DNA of 64,000 nucleotides from Eukaryota sp. GEM-RC1 (lineage: Eukaryota): the NCBI GenBank assembly GCA_040285855.1, contig JAUFOQ010000013.1:1178001-1242000 (forward strand), given 5' to 3'. Under the pieces are notes generated by a model, which saw nothing but the letters and a program-made list of their open reading frames with translations, had not been told where the DNA came from and made no database searches. Position numbers and translations under genes: made by a program. Of this stretch, positions 52,837-64,000 are shown in pieces; the stretch's first letter is position 1; each line of letters begins with the position of its first letter.

Positions 52837-53304
52837 AAACAACTGCAAGTGCTTTTGGAATCAAAAAGACTTTAAAAAAAATGAATTGATAGTGATAGAG
52901 AATAAATAGTACAATATAGATGTATTTATAATTTTGTATAACATATAAGAATAACACATCAAATAAACAATATTTGTACAATATTACAATGTTCAATGAA
53001 ATGTGTCAGACGTAGTCTAAATATCAATGTTTTGTTACATAGTTATTACATACAGAACAATCCGTGAATTTCATCCACCTGAAATCTGACAGAAATTTGT
53101 TACAGATTTAGTATGTCAGAAAATGTGACATATAAAACCAGACCAATTTGTTACATATTCAGTGTAGATGTGGTAGCATAGTTTATGTGAAAAATCATGG
53201 TATAAATTATAAATTTAGACCAGAAAAGATAAATAAAGATAAATTGTAATAAAGTATATTGTTCTACATAATAAAAAACATCAATGAAGTATTAAAAGAC
53301 TACA

Positions 53305-56300
53305 TCAATTCAGGTGTTGGCAATCCTGAGGGTCCAAAGAAGTTTTTTGCAAATTTTGCTTTTTGTCTTTATCACTGATAGAATCGTAAAAGATTACGAT
53401 TTTTTGATTTTGTTCATACAATTTGGCAACAAGTTTGGCATCACTTGGTAGATCAAAGATTATACAAAGATCAGCCTGAACAGAATGGTTAACCGCTAAT
53501 TGAGTAGTACTAATCATTATAACAGACTTATCATCCTTCTTGAATTGACTGAGACTGTAATCCTTGGAACGTTTACTTTGTTTCCCGGTCAGTTCAACCA
53601 CGGTAAAAGGAACTGACTGATCACGTCTGAGATTTTGATATAATTTCGGTGAATTTACATCAGTTGTAATTAGCACCTTTTGCAGAGACTTGACAGAGAC
53701 TTGACTTAACAAATGCTTGACATAGCTGATATTCTCATCCACAGTTGAGACACAAATGATGAATTGCAGTTTTGGTGATGTATCAACGAGGACAAAAGCT
53801 TTGTCTTCATTCTCAGAAATCTCAACGACTGATTCAGAAATAGATTGAGACGGTTCTTGAGTCAACTGTGTATGAAAAGCACGTAGTTCAAGACATCGTT
53901 GTTCAAAAATTTGATTAATTTCTTTTGCATCACAGTGACGAACATCACGAACTTCTAAAAATGCACCAGAAATACACAGCACAGATAAAGCTGAAAGAAT
54001 AAAAAGTGTGTCATCATTTTTCAGAATGATAAAAGAATCCAAATCATTACAAAACTCAATTTTTTGTAATTGAACAGCTAAATCACCAAATGAACAGTCA
54101 ATTATAAACTGTACTTGTTTCTGTGGCAGTTTCAAACCGAAACCAATACAAAACCCTAATTCAGTTATGTACATTATTGTGTCATAACGTTGTACATAGA
54201 CTGCATCTATAATTCTGTCATCGTGATGACATGTACAAAGATCCATTACTTTTGTATCAAGCCGCTACTTTTCATACAAATCTAGCTTTCGGATGGTTAA
54301 TGTACCAACAATTAATATCAAATTGTCATAACGTCTTAATTTTTTAAACTGTTCTCCGCGTTCAATTGTTAAATCATCTAAATCTAACAATATTGAAAGA
54401 GAATCCCATTCTAAGTCTTTTTTGTCAGTTTCTGTAACTGAAATAACCGACAATATACAATTCGATATACAAATGAAAGAATTGGTTGTACCAACCATGT
54501 CAATAACATTGGGGTCACTGCGATTTGGTGCACATGGCAATGCTTTTCGACCAACTTTTCCAGATGGCTTCTTGTAATGTAGAAAAAATTTGGGACCTTC
54601 AGAAGCTACCAGTACAGCATATCCACCCAATTGGCCATGAAGAGCAAACATTGTTAATTGATGTTCAAAGGGTTTGCAGAATTCTTCAACTCTTCCCGAG
54701 CTACGTTTAAAAAATTTGAGGACTTTACCATTGTTGTAGAAAACAAAATTTTTGCCAACAAACAACACGACAGGAGTAGGATCGAACTCCGTCACAGCCT
54801 CAACCTCCGTCACATGCTCAACGACACTGTTGTTGTCTGCCAAATCTAATGTTCCAATGTGGATTTTGAACTCTTGTTCAAATACAACATAGAACAAAGA
54901 ACCTGAATTATGTACAAAATTCAGAATTTTACAACTTTGTCCCAAATATGTCGCAGAATAAGTATTGACCTTACAATTGGTATTAGTCCAAGACAATAAA
55001 TCACTAACACATGGTTCTTCAGTAGCTTCAACAATCATTTGTTCAGTACCTTCAGCAATTTCAGTACCTTCAGCAATCATTTGTTCAGTACCTTCAGCAA
55101 TTTCAGTAGCTTCCATCATTTCTTCAGTACCTTCAGCAATTTCAGTAGCTTCAGCAATCATTTGTTCAGTACGAACTGTAATTTCAGAATTCAAAATAGA
55201 ATTTAGATCAACAGATAGTATCCCACAGATTGGACACGAAGGATTAAAACACATCAACATGTTGCTTTCATCTCTCAATTGAAATTTCAAAAGCTGAAAA
55301 TGATGATGTCTTCTTTCGACAAAATCCACAGCAACTGATTGATCCTCAAATCTACTCAAATCAATACCAGCAATTCTTTGATAAAAAGCGGATAAATCAA
55401 CTGAAGAAACAATTCCTTGTTCAGTCAAATATACCAGAATGCGTAATCTGTTGATACATCCAAAAGTTGATTCAATAAATGATTCTTGATAAGACCAGAA
55501 CACATTCCAGAGACGTTTAACTTGAAATATTCCATTAAGATCTAGCTCGTGACTTAATAAATATAATTGAAGATAATTGTTGTCAGAACAGTGATCTGGT
55601 CTACCGATCTTGACAACTGGTTTTTCAAATTCTAATTCTGATTCTGAATTAATATTGAAGTTCATTAACCATATGATGAACAAATTAGTTGTGCACGGGA
55701 TAAATGATAATAATTGGGGCAGCTTGTCTCCAACAAAAATTCCATTGTGGTAACTTGCAGTATCACTAGTAGGAGCTAGAACAGTAGGAAGAGGAAACAG
55801 TGTCTTGTTACAGTTGACTGAATAAAATTTCTCATAGTCAAGACGATTGTACTGAATTAAATCAGTACATGGTTTTACAGCAACTTCAAATTGTAGCATA
55901 ATAGTTTTTTTCTCACAACATTCAATGTGATCCCAATGATACAATTGACTATACATTTCCCAAAAAGATTTGTCTTTAATAAATTCTGTTGCCTTATTCC
56001 ATACAATCGTACGACCACTAAAGAATCTATTGTGGTCAAAGTACAATTTGATTTTGAACTTCTTAATTGAACTTACATTTCCACTACACTTGTGAATGAA
56101 CAATTGATCTTGATACTCATCAGAAAATTGTGATGTAAATATTGCAGTGGAACTTTCATTGTCTTGTAAGTAGATACCAAAATTCGGAGTCTTACCCTGT
56201 TTTAACAACCCTTGAACAACAAACTGTTTACCAAACAACGTTTCAATAAATTTGTCAAAAGATTCTTTGTCTTTAACTCTGCCATACAGTTTCAATTGGA

Positions 56301-57973
56301 TTTGAGAAGATGAATTGTTTACCACAGTTGTGTGGAAGGCCTTATTGGGATACGAGGCCACAACTGCTTGGTAGAGGGTCATTGCTGAATTTGAAGAGTC
56401 ACAAAAAGTACAACAAAAATCGATGATTGTTGAAGAAATTCAACGAGAGTAGATTCGGAAGGATTGGTAACAAAATTTAACAGCATCAAGGCAGTGGACT
56501 TAAGATTAACTAATTTTTTTACAAGAGTAAATGGGGAGTCTTCCATATACTGGAACCGTGAAACAAGAGATCTTAGTTCATTCAAATATCTCTCTAGTTT
56601 TTTTAAATGTACATATCTAGATAGATTATCAATAGCGCCTTTATACCTTGGTTCTGTTGAATCGTATTTTTCAACCGGAAGTTTAGTAAATTTTGCACGA
56701 AAAATATAATCAACCAGTGATAATTTTAAAAACATATCTGAACAAACAAATTCAGAAATTTCCTCATCATTACCCAAAGTTGATAGAGATTTTAATACAT
56801 CAATTGATTCTGAAAATTTGAATAAATCATAAAATGAATCAAAAGTACGATGACAGCGAATAAACGACATAGAGTTGATACCAGCTAACATAATCAACCC
56901 TTGAGAGAGATAATCATTTTTAACACAATAAAACAAGAATTTAAAATTGAAGAACGAAATATTCGCCTTACTGCACAACTTCCCCAAACAAGTCAACTCA
57001 GAATCGAGGTTGTTTTGTGTGAGAACATTGTTGCGGAAGAGCACATCAACTGTAGATAGGATATTCTCTGATGAAGGAATATCTGGCAATTCGTTGATGA
57101 AAGATGTAGGGTCAGTAGCAATTTGTTTCATCGTCAACAATGGTTCAATTAATGAGCATGTCAATATTTCAGGTTTGTCGTAGTCTAGTCGTGGAAAACG
57201 GTTTGGAAGGAATTTTGTACTTACAAGACGTAACGCAAATCCAGCTGAATTTCTACCAGCACGACCAGAGCGCTGGTCCAAAGAAGCAATGGAGCAATGG
57301 TGAGTTTCCAGAAGATCATCAACATCCGTTTGTTTCGACAAACCACAGTCAATGACAAATTTTACACCGTCAATTGTCAGTGAAGATTCTGCTATATTTG
57401 TAGCAAGAACAATTTTGAATTGATTCTCCATTGGTTTCGCCACTGCCGTGTCTTGTTGATTCGAATCCAGGCTTGAATATAAAGGATGAACATTTGGTTT
57501 AACTGTACGTGATACATCAAGATCAGGTTTTTTCTGTTTAAGGAGAAATGTATACTCATTCTCAATGTACTGAGTAAGCGTAGTAATTTCTGGACTACCA
57601 GGAAGAAACACAAGCAACGTAAATCCTTCACAGTGAGAAAACCGCTTGAATATTGACTGTGCAAGCGAGTAATAACAGAGACAAACTTGAGCCAATGCTT
57701 TGAAGTTTATACTCTTGTGTGAAATTGGGTTCAAATTTTTGACGAAATGAGAGTAGTAACGACAGACACTGCTAGTAAAATATTGATATATTTTACAAAA
57801 GTGGTACTTAAAATGGCGTAGAACCTCACGATCTTCGAAAAGTCTGATTTGGACAAGTTGACTACCAACGGTGTCTGGGAAAAAGTATTGACACTAATGC
57901 AGTCATAGTCAACAACAACAAGTGGGTTGGTTCTGCCAGTAGCATGGATGGTATAATTGTTTTCACAATTCAA
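53305..57973 (-). pseudogene. DEAH/RHA helicase-derived gene lacking the N-terminal RecA1 domain, with a long unknown middle and a degenerate DEAD-box-like RecA2 at the C-terminus
   Basis: GRTNPL, LVFLPGSPEI, IVLATNIAESSLTIDGVKFVIDCG, QRSGRAGR and an HA2-like region are present; no Walker A or DEAH box seen upstream. Two 1-bp shifts and an in-frame TAG at 54265-54267. The last ORF resembles helicase C domains (VIMISTTQLA...IIFDLP). Confidence 0.65.
55020..55170 (-). repeat. Coding minisatellite (EATEIAEGTEQMI-type units)
   Basis: Repeated TTCAGTACCTTCAGCAAT blocks, in frame in ORF 54265-56382. Confidence 0.85.
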
Positions 57974-58435
57974 ATAAAATGACTGGTTCCTACAATCCTG
58001 AGTTAAATATCTGAAACAAGGATTTGGAGTGTCTGATATTCCAAATATGAAATTGAAACTTCAGTTGTTAAAAGATTTAAATTTATTGATGGCGGAAATT
58101 TTGAGTTTTCATTTGAATGATAGGGACAAGTACTTTAATGTGTTGTCGTTGACCAATACTTTTGTTATGTCGATATTAGATTTAAATGATGAAGTGATGT
58201 GTGATGAACATTGTTTGGGAATATTGGATGAATTTCGTGAAGTGATGTGTGAGTATTGTTGTGGGATTGGATATAAGGAGTCGTTTTCGTTGGCTGTGAT
58301 GTTTGCGAGGGTGATGGGGGGATATAGTAGTGTTAGTTAAGTTTGATAAACTGAGGTTGTATATTTTATTGGTTGTGTTTAAAAAAAATATCAATGTCTA
58401 GGTCAACAATTCATTACACATACGACACTTTCATT

Positions 58436-58897
58436 ACAAATGTTGTATCACCAAATGTTGTAGTTACAAATGTTGTATCACCAAATGTTGTATCACCAAA
58501 TGTTGTATCACCAAATGTTGTATCACCAAATGTTGTATCACCAAATGTTGTAGTTACAAATGTTGTAGTTACAAATGTTGTATCACCAAATGTTGTATCA
58601 CCAAATGTTGTATCACCAAATGTTGTATCACCAAATGTTGTATCACCAAATGTTGTATCACCAAATGTTGTAGTTACAAATGTTGTAGTTACAAATGTTG
58701 TATCACCAAATGTTGTATCACCAAATGTTGTATCACCAAATGTTGTATCACCAAATGTTGTATCACCAAATGTGGTATCACCAAATGTTGTTTCACCAAA
58801 TGTTGTAGTTACAAATGTTGTTTCACCAAATGTTGTAGTTACAAATGTTGTATCACCAAATGTTGTATCACCAAATGTTGTCATTACAAATGTTGTA
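58436..58897. repeat. 15-bp minisatellite, ~31 units with two main variants
   Basis: CCAAATGTTGTATCA and ACAAATGTTGTAGTT units; translates as (SPNVV/VTNVV)n on + and (TTFGD)n on -. Confidence 0.97.
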
Positions 58898-59292
58898 CAT
58901 GTAGTTATAACTTGGTGTCTTTGTGTCTTCTGATGAATGAAGCTTCATGGACTTGATGTCGTTGACCTTAGTCTCATTCCAGATAGCATCTGATAGAATT
59001 GAAAAATGCAGTCAAAAATGACTGAAGACACAGCAGTGTATTACACGATCAGAGTTGTAGCAAACCTTAGTGTTTTCCTTTGGAGGATAAGATGTCAATG
59101 TGATGTACGTGTAGTAGGATGGTTGTACAACGTTGAGTTTATTCATGACATGGTTGAACACGGTTCACAAGTCTAAGAACGAACACCTGCAAACACGTCT
59201 CTATCTTGAAAGAAGCTCAACACTGGATATCAAACGATGTATGGAATCCATCAAAGAAGGTATAAGTGAATCAGTTTGGGGATATGTGGTTA

Positions 59293-60220
59293 TGGGGTGA
59301 AGAGTTTTTGGGGTAAAATGATTTGGGACAACTGCAAAAATAGACACCTGATTTCCACACCGCCAAAAATAGACACCACACGTTCAATGTTACACAATTA
59401 TAGACATACTTTTTTAAGAGAGGGTTCAGAAATAGACACTGTGAAGATCAAGTCTTCTGCTGCATTTGTTCTGTTGTTATCTTTCTTTGTATTTCCTGCT
59501 GTTTTCGATATCAAGATGTCTCTATTTACATCACAATAAACCAGATTTATACATATCTGAACATCTAAAGACTATAGTACAACAATATCAACATCAATAA
59601 CACATTCATCTTCCTCCTAGCCCTCTTCGCCGATTCACTTGTCTGCGTCCTCTTCCGGACTGTCTATTGCCTGTAGGAGGTTGAAGTTCTGGCAATACGG
59701 GTTCATCAAGATTTTCCGGAACCCATTCCTGACGAGAAGCTACTGGCATCAAACCAATTTCATAGGTTTTGCAGTATTGTTCTGTGGTATAAAATTCTTC
59801 ACAAAACTCACTATAATCCAGTCTTTGAGCTAACAGCACCGCAAGCACATGAACACAAACAATCCCTATTCTTTTCCATTCTCCACAGCTGCAGAATCTT
59901 CATCACGACGTGAAGATGCATGTAGATGGTAGTTGCAATCGCTGTCGGTCTTGCATTTAACACTCCAGCGTTTTTTGCTGCTGTTCACTACACGAGTTCT
60001 TCTTTTTGTCCAGCTGTATAAAGATTGTGTTGATAGACCAAGTCTTCTTTGTTTGCAAAGCTGCTTCCCTGGGCAATTGTAGTATGTTGTCTTTGGTTGC
60101 TATCCATGTTGTAAAGTGTATGTGAGAAGAAATTTGTTAAGTGTCTATTTTTGAACATACTCCATTTTATGTGTCTAGAAATGAATTTGATTCAAATGAT
60201 TTTGGGGAGTATGCACCCCA
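59293..60220 (-). mobile_element. Internally deleted MULE/MuDR element
   Basis: From ATG 60107: GSSFANKEDL...SSKKRWSVKCKTDSDCNYHLHAS (MuDR N-terminal DNA-binding domain), joined directly to SWIM finger FCSCGEWKRIGIVCVHVLAV and FYTTEQY..TY...PV...EW...QPP..R..GR.R. Inverted CAAAAATAGACAC motifs at both ends. Boundaries approximate, no TSD found. Confidence 0.8.
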
Positions 60221-60469
60221 AATGAATTTAACTACTAGTATACTTTTTTTCCAAAAATCATATTGAATTCGAGCAACACGTCTAGGTGTACATGTAAAAA
60301 CTAAAACAACCGTTCTAATAGTTAGTTTCCTCAAATTCCATATTTTCTATTTGGAAATTCTCATCTACCTTATCTTAATAATGCCTGCCAAGAGATAATA
60401 AAGCGTTGGAAACAGAAGTCGTTATACATTTAATTTAAAATGATTTAAAGATAGAGAACAAAATTCAAT

Positions 60470-61230
60470 TTTTCGATTTCGGAAAAATCGTAAACAATAA
60501 GATGAACAAACGCTTTGATCGTATGGTTGAATCGTATCGTTTTACTATTTTTAATTCAATTCTCCTAATCATATCCAAAGCTTTATTAGCTGTGAGTTCC
60601 TTTTATGAGGACAAAGCTGTTGTAAGATTTGACAGTGACGGGTGTTGTTTTAATGATCTCAAATTTTAGGTTTTTCAGTATAATACATTTTTAAACAAAC
60701 GAGAACAAAAATTGTATTTTTCCAAAATCATAGAAGTACAAGGTACTTTCATTTACAATTTTTATAAACTTCTCAAGTAATGATGTTGCTGATTCACGTA
60801 CAGAACCATACAACGACGATACAAATGGGTACAACAAATAATTCTAGTGTGAAATCGAGTTCAAGAATTCCAATTTTGCACAGGATTTTCCGCTTTGAAT
60901 TCATCAGCATTTAAGAGGAGGATTTTTTAGTATTAGATTTGGCAAGGTTTTTGTTGGAATCATTATATACATCGATAGACATAACATCTGCGATAATGAA
61001 CGAACCATCAGGACCAGGGAATATCACATCACCAAGACTATTTCCAAACGATTTGACAACATCCGTATCATCAAACAAACCAGCCAAAACTGGTTCCAAA
61101 CACAAAACTTATCCATAAACAAAAGATTTGCACGTACAAAATCGATACCTTACTAGATCATGAACTTTAGAAACGGTTATATTTGAATAAATTTTAGGGG
61201 TCACAGACTATCCTCACTGGCATTTCACAA
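60470..61230. mobile_element. Two RLE non-LTR 3' fragments (60470-60670 +, ~60780-61230 -)
   Basis: The first closely matches 3490-3690. The second encodes LEPVL...GDVIFPGPDGSFIIADVMSIDV, an RLE-like motif of a related family. Confidence 0.7.
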
Positions 61231-61440
61231 TTATGAGGATTGTCAGGCCAAATACACGACCGCAAATGCATATTTAAGGACAATCAATTATTATCCAGAA
61301 AGCAAGGTTTTGTTTCCGTTTTGTTTCGGTTTTGTTTCAGAACCAAGAACAAGTGTCACAGGCTGGACACCTTGATTGTTGAACTGTGTCATAAAATTCC
61401 TCACATTATCTGCATTTATATGTCAATGTATAGATATGTT

Positions 61441-61793
61441 TAGTGTTACGAGAAACGTTTCTACGTTTCAGCGTTTCCGAAACCTTTCCAATAAACATAT
61501 CAGTACGGAATCGACATGGAAACGTTAAATACGTTTCGGAAACGTAAATTACGGGTCTGGTTTTAAATTGTACTTGTACAACAGAAACTCACCAAATACT
61601 ACAGATTGAGTCAGTTTGAGTGAGATAATTCTCTAACCAAAAAGGATATTTGCAATTTGATCTTGTTCTTGAGCTAAATCATTCGAAACTTCTCCGTGCC
61701 TTCAACTTATACGACTACTGATAAATCCTAGAAATTTTTTTAAATTCGTCTATCAAGGACGATTCACCTTTTGGTACGTTTCTCGTAACACTA
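61441..61793. mobile_element. hAT-type MITE, 353 bp
   Basis: Perfect 18-bp TIR TAGTGTTACGAGAAACGT. Perfect 8-bp TSD GATATGTT (61433-61440 and 61794-61801). GAAACGT subterminal repeats. Confidence 0.93.
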
Positions 61794-62092
61794 GATATGT
61801 TGATTCCATTTTGGCCAAGTTGTTTAGTGCTAACTACTTTACGAATTGGGTAGTTCGTTTTATAGATTGTGTTAATAGTCTTTATTGATTTTTTAAAATC
61901 ACAGAAAATTGAACTTGATATCAACCTCGATAGATGAAGAAGCTCACGCAAAGGATGTCCCATTTCACAACGGAGATGATTGAGATAGAAACTGAAGAAC
62001 AGATGTTCTAGATGGATATTGTTATACCATACAAAACGGACTCTCTGTGCAGATCAGTTCAGGTCTATGATCTGCACTGAGGTAAAATAGTT

Positions 62093-62164
62093 CTCACTCG
62101 GTGGGACTCGAACCCACAACCGATTGGTTCGAAGCCAATCGCGCTGCCATTACGCCACGAGTGA
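62093..62164 (-). tRNA. tRNA-Arg(TCG)
   Basis: Minus strand: acceptor TCACTCG/CGAGTGA, anticodon arm ATTGG-CTTCGAA-CCAAT, T arm GTGGG-TTCGAGT-CCCAC. TTTT a few nt downstream. Confidence 0.95.
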
Positions 62165-62447
62165 TATATTTAGATAAACTTCTATGACACTCCTAGGCCC
62201 TGCATCATGTGAAATTTAACCTAACTTGGAAGTTCCTAAGTCTTTCCGGCACATCCGATGACGATAGACCAGAACTTGCAACATTCATACTCCAATATGC
62301 CATAACAAACATCTTTCGCATCAAAATGTCAATATGTGTGCTAGGTCCTTAGAATTCTGACCTTCGTCCTTAATTGAGCAGAAATCTCTACTTTGGAACA
62401 TCCTCTTCATTCACTGCTCTTGTCTGAAAGCTTGTTCTTAAACAGAA

Positions 62448-63577
62448 ATGATTATCGGAGTTCCTAAAGAAATCAAAAACAATGAAAACAGAGTTGGGTT
62501 GACTCCTGCTGGAGTTCGCGAACTTACTAAACGAGGCCATACCGTCTATGTCCAACATACTGCTGGAGAAAACTCCGGGTTTCCTGATTCTGACTATGAA
62601 GAAGCCGGTGCTCATATTCTCCCTACCATTGAGGACACATATGCCGCTGTTGACATGATTGTCAAGGTCAAGGAGCCTATTGAGCCCGAATATGAGCTCA
62701 TCAAGGAGGATCAGCTCCTCTTCACATTCTTCCACTTCGCTTCTCATCTACCATTAACAGAGGCAATGATCAAATCTAAGTCTATCTGTGTTGCCTACGA
62801 GACTGTTGAAAAGTCTGATAAATCTCTCCCTCTTTTGGCTCCAATGTCAGAAATTGCTGGTCGCCTTGCTTCTCAAAAGGGTGCCAACTACTTGGAAAAG
62901 CCTTTGGGTGGAAGGGAATTTTACTTGCAGGAACCCCTGGTGTTTTGCCTGCACGTGTTGTTGTTATTGGTGGAGGAAGTGTTGGTTACAACGCTGCTTT
63001 AATGGCTGCTGGTCTTGGTGCTGACGTCATCATTATGGATGTCTCACTTCCCAGGCTTAGATACTTGGCTGAAGTTATGCCTAAGAATGTTAAAACTATG
63101 ATGTCTAATGATTATAACATTAGAAAAGTCATTAAAGACGCTGACCTTGTTATTGGAGCTGTCCTTATTCCTGGTGCCAAAGCTCCTCATCTCATTACCA
63201 GAGATATGCTTAAATTGATGCAAAAGGGAACCGTTGTTGTTGATGTGGCTGTTGACCAAGGTGGATGTATTGAGACATGTAAACCAACCACTCATGCTGA
63301 TCCTGTCTATGTCATTGATGATATTCTCCATTATTGTGTTGCCAACATGCCTGGATGTGTCCCTTTCACTTCAACTCTAGCTTTGACCAATGCTACTCTT
63401 CCTTATGTTATTCAGCTTGCTGATAAGGGCTGGAGACAGGCTGCACTTGAAAACTCTGAATTTGTTCCTGGCTTGAATGTTGTTCATGGTGATGTTGTAT
63501 ATAGAGCTGTTGCTGATGCTTTTGATATTCCGTGGGTTCCAGTAGAGAAGTATCTTTCTGCTGAAACTAACGAATAG
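62448..63577 (+). CDS. ald: Alanine dehydrogenase (~376 aa); one 1-bp frameshift near 62915
   Basis: MIIGVPKEIKNNENRVGLTP, VKVKEP, LPLLAPMSEIAGR, IGGGSVG, DVAVDQGGC, HYCVANMPG. One added G restores GGRGILLAGTPGV. Confidence 0.96.
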
Positions 63578-64000
63578 TTAGTGTTTTGTTTATTATAGTA
63601 CCTTGTTTATTGTTGGTAAATCTGTTTATTGAGCTATGTTTATTACAGTATTTGGTATAGATGTGAACAGTTTAAATGTTTTGTATTCTGATTCTCATGG
63701 TGGTACAGTCGCTCTTTTCCTAGATTCCTCTACAGTTGTGGTTGATCCATATGCAAAGTCTTATGAGGACTCCGTTTCGAATGATTCTATTGATCACGTT
63801 GAAAAGATTGAACAACCGAAGCAAACATTCTATTGGATGTTCTGAATAAACTAAAAATATTAATTCAAAAGTTTCATTTGTTCCATTTGTTTACATAATC
63901 TTGGTCCAACAGGGGCAAAAATATTAAATGATTTTGATCGTTTCTACCGATATACTAATAGAAAGGCTGTGACTGGTTCAAGAGAGAACAATAGTGAGAA

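Larger units (their letters stand above)
45475..53063 (-). mobile_element. Putative Fanzor1-bearing element without transposase or TIRs, bounded by an 11-bp direct repeat
   Basis: GTGAATTTCAT at 45464-45474 and 53064-53074 encloses exactly the Fanzor polyprotein gene and the divergent protease gene. A long hairpin ends 3 nt inside the Fanzor-proximal boundary. Confidence 0.6.

Noticed and set aside
54247..54267. Stop-codon reassignment suggested by the in-frame TAG
   Set aside because: Single case. TAG ends other genes here (ald, SMYD, the giant gene) and long ORFs have no internal TAG.
58029..58340. 103-aa plus-strand ORF
   Set aside because: No recognisable motif; cannot be supported without homology or expression data.
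58436..58897. CRISPR array or telomeric repeat
   Set aside because: Contiguous 15-bp units without spacers, internal position, not G-rich.
62047..62077. 10-bp perfect hairpin GTGCAGATCA/TGATCTGCAC downstream of tRNA-Arg
   Set aside because: It lies beyond the tRNA's T-run terminator, occurs once and has no supporting context.

Overview
AT-rich eukaryotic DNA with apparently intronless genes, Pol III tRNA genes and many eukaryotic transposon relics. A bacterial-type alanine dehydrogenase hints at an anaerobic protist, which is inference only. At least 15 reading-frame breaks can each be repaired by adding one base to a short homopolymer, the pattern expected from long-read errors, so several split ORFs are really single genes. 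Main contents: (1) a ~30.3 kb minus-strand gene (10966-41220) for a ~10,000-aa type I membrane protein with signal peptide, beta-rich repeats, EGF, LamG, seven 756-bp repeats, EGF-PSI, a FRAS1/FREM-like C-terminal domain, TM helix and Ser/Pro tail; it lies tail-to-tail with a paralogue entering at the left edge, separated by 10 kb of transposon relics (RLE non-LTR pieces, hAT nested in a pogo-like element, hAT MITEs) and tRNA-Phe. (2) SMYD and HGSNAT-like genes. (3) The standout: a ~7.6 kb element (45475-53063) bounded by an 11-bp direct repeat, with no recognisable transposase. It encodes a 2A-peptide / Ulp1-type protease / PolB-exonuclease-like / Fanzor1 / zinc-knuckle polyprotein, a putative omegaRNA ending at the boundary, and a second divergent Ulp1-type protease. 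(4) A 5'-truncated DEAH-helicase-derived gene, a 15-bp minisatellite, a MULE deletion derivative, a hAT MITE, tRNA-Arg and alanine dehydrogenase.
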